Of a DNA stretch of 64,000 nt, positions 62,497-64,000 are shown one piece after another. The notes below the pieces were generated by a model. The model was given only the letters and a program-made list of their open reading frames with translations. It was not told the origin of the DNA and did no database searches. Within the stretch, counting starts at the first letter, position 1; every line of letters starts with the position of its first letter. The translations under genes were made by a program, and so were the position numbers. Source of the stretch: Azolla caroliniana. Taxonomy: Eukaryota; Plantae; Polypodiophyta. The stretch covers positions 8,928,001 through 8,992,000 of the forward strand of contig JBHGNT010000014.1 of assembly GCA_043228905.1 (NCBI GenBank). Reading direction: 5' to 3'.

Positions 62497-64000
62497 TGTC
62501 ATGATGTTTTCAACACATAGTGCGAAACCACCCACAAAAGAGAATAAAATAGTAGTCCAAATAAATTAATGTTGTTAAATCAACTATAGTAATAAATGAA
62601 AGGATAAAAAGTTAGAAGCGGTTTTCGAAAGTAGACAAAAATAGAGAAAAAGATAGGAAAAGAAAAGCTAGCCGTGGATATGAGGAGCAAGGTCGAGTAA
62701 AAAGCTCGTAATTTCCTCGTCCAATGTCCAAATTAGAAAAGGAAAAATGCATATGAAAGCTAACAGAAATAGCTTTCTATAAGTAGCTTGCATGTCAGAT
62801 TGGACATTACGGAACAAAAATAGTGATAAAAAGAAAACTCGACTCATATAGAGAAACGTTTGGGAAAAAGAAAGAAAGAAAGGAAGCAAGCGATCCTAAA
62901 CTTATAAATAAGAGCTTATTTTAAGAAGAAGGGGGAGGGGATTTGAAGAAGAGAAAATTTATGTTTCCTCTCTCATACTCTTATACCCAAAAAGGGGATA
63001 GAAAAAAAATCATGTAACAAAATAGATCCATTATAGTGATGATTTCGGAATAAAAAGCTTTCCATGTTTCCTCTCTCATGATCTCTTTCTTTAAACTTTT
63101 CTTATGTATAAGTAAAATTAAGTGTTATTCATGCTTGCTTACTCTAAGCCTTCTTACTCATAAGAATAATTAAGTATTATTCAATCTCGCATAATCTCCT
63201 ACTCGAAGATTTGCTTATGTATAAATGTAATGAACTATTATTCGATCTCTTATACTACCAATTTACTGTTATTAGAGGGAAATATTTTGTCTTTAAGCTT
63301 AAAGTGCATTAAGCGTTAAGCCCTAAATCCTTTCGGTCCCGAACCCCAAAGGTTCCGCCTCACGATCCGCACTTACTGGCGGATTTTCACGACATAATAA
63401 AGTGGTGAACACGACGTGAAGAGGTGGTAGGAAGGATTCAAGTGCTTGAAATAGAAGATTAGAAGATAGATTCTTCGACAAACATCCAAGTTGATGAAGT
63501 GGCGAAGTTGGTAGCTATTGTTGAGCATATGATGAGAGCTCATGATAATGATGCAAGATTAAACAAGGCCATTGACCGGATCATTGATATAGCGGGCCAA
63601 TTTGGTGGAAGAAATATTACGGATTTCCTCATTATATACAAGACAGAGATGCTACAACGAGATGTCATCAAAGAGAAACAAATATCAAACTTCAAGAGTG
63701 TCATGGAAAATGGGTTACAGGGCCGTATAAGGGAGATTCAAGCCACACAAACAACATGGGCGGGATTCGAAAGGGCACTTTTGACCGAATATATGCTTGA
63801 AAATGAATCAAGGATGACTCGGCACACATTGATGAAGTGGATCCAGAAGAAGCGGAAGAAAATAAATGCATTGGGGGTGTACAACGAATTTGACCAAATG
63901 TACAATCGTCTCTCAAGCACAGACCAAATATTTCTCGAAGGAGATAAGGTTCTATACTTCTTAAATGCGGTGGATGTGAAAGATAGACGAGAACTAGGTT
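62497..64000 (+). mobile_element. 5' end of a Ty3/gypsy element: LTR 62497-63394, tRNA-Trp-type PBS 63403-63420, decayed gag start
   Basis: TGTCATGA...TCACGACA; TGGTGAACACGACGTGAA resembles the complement of the plant tRNA-Trp 3' end; gag-like GQFGGRNITDFL...WAGFERALLTEY. Confidence 0.82.

Overview
Eukaryotic plant nuclear DNA, most likely a non-seed plant such as a fern (inferred from the retroelement lineages and a divergent ycf2 fragment). It is a dense nest of decayed LTR retrotransposons around one intact host gene, a 3-exon TRICHOME BIREFRINGENCE-LIKE (TBL) polysaccharide O-acetyltransferase on the minus strand (26877-28835). The LTR elements are: several Ty1/copia elements (one full length with TSD), an Athila/OTA-like Ty3/gypsy with an extra 3' ORF, a gypsy with fungal-looking RT motifs, two or three chromoviruses, two solo LTRs with TSDs, and two complete non-autonomous LTR elements (8611-12458, 37343-41088). 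Also present are a pogo/mariner-type MITE-like element, a 3.1-kb TIR element containing a 1.57-kb palindrome, and a plastid ycf2 insertion (NUPT). The most unusual observation concerns a group of tRNA-Arg-primed LTR elements. At five sites, the position where a polypurine tract (PPT) should precede the 3' LTR instead holds a copy of the tRNA-Arg 3' end (GTCCCACAGGCGTGCCA-like, in a hairpin ending in CCA), i.e. a second, inverted PBS complementary to the real PBS. All coordinates and identities were read by eye; no database searches were run.
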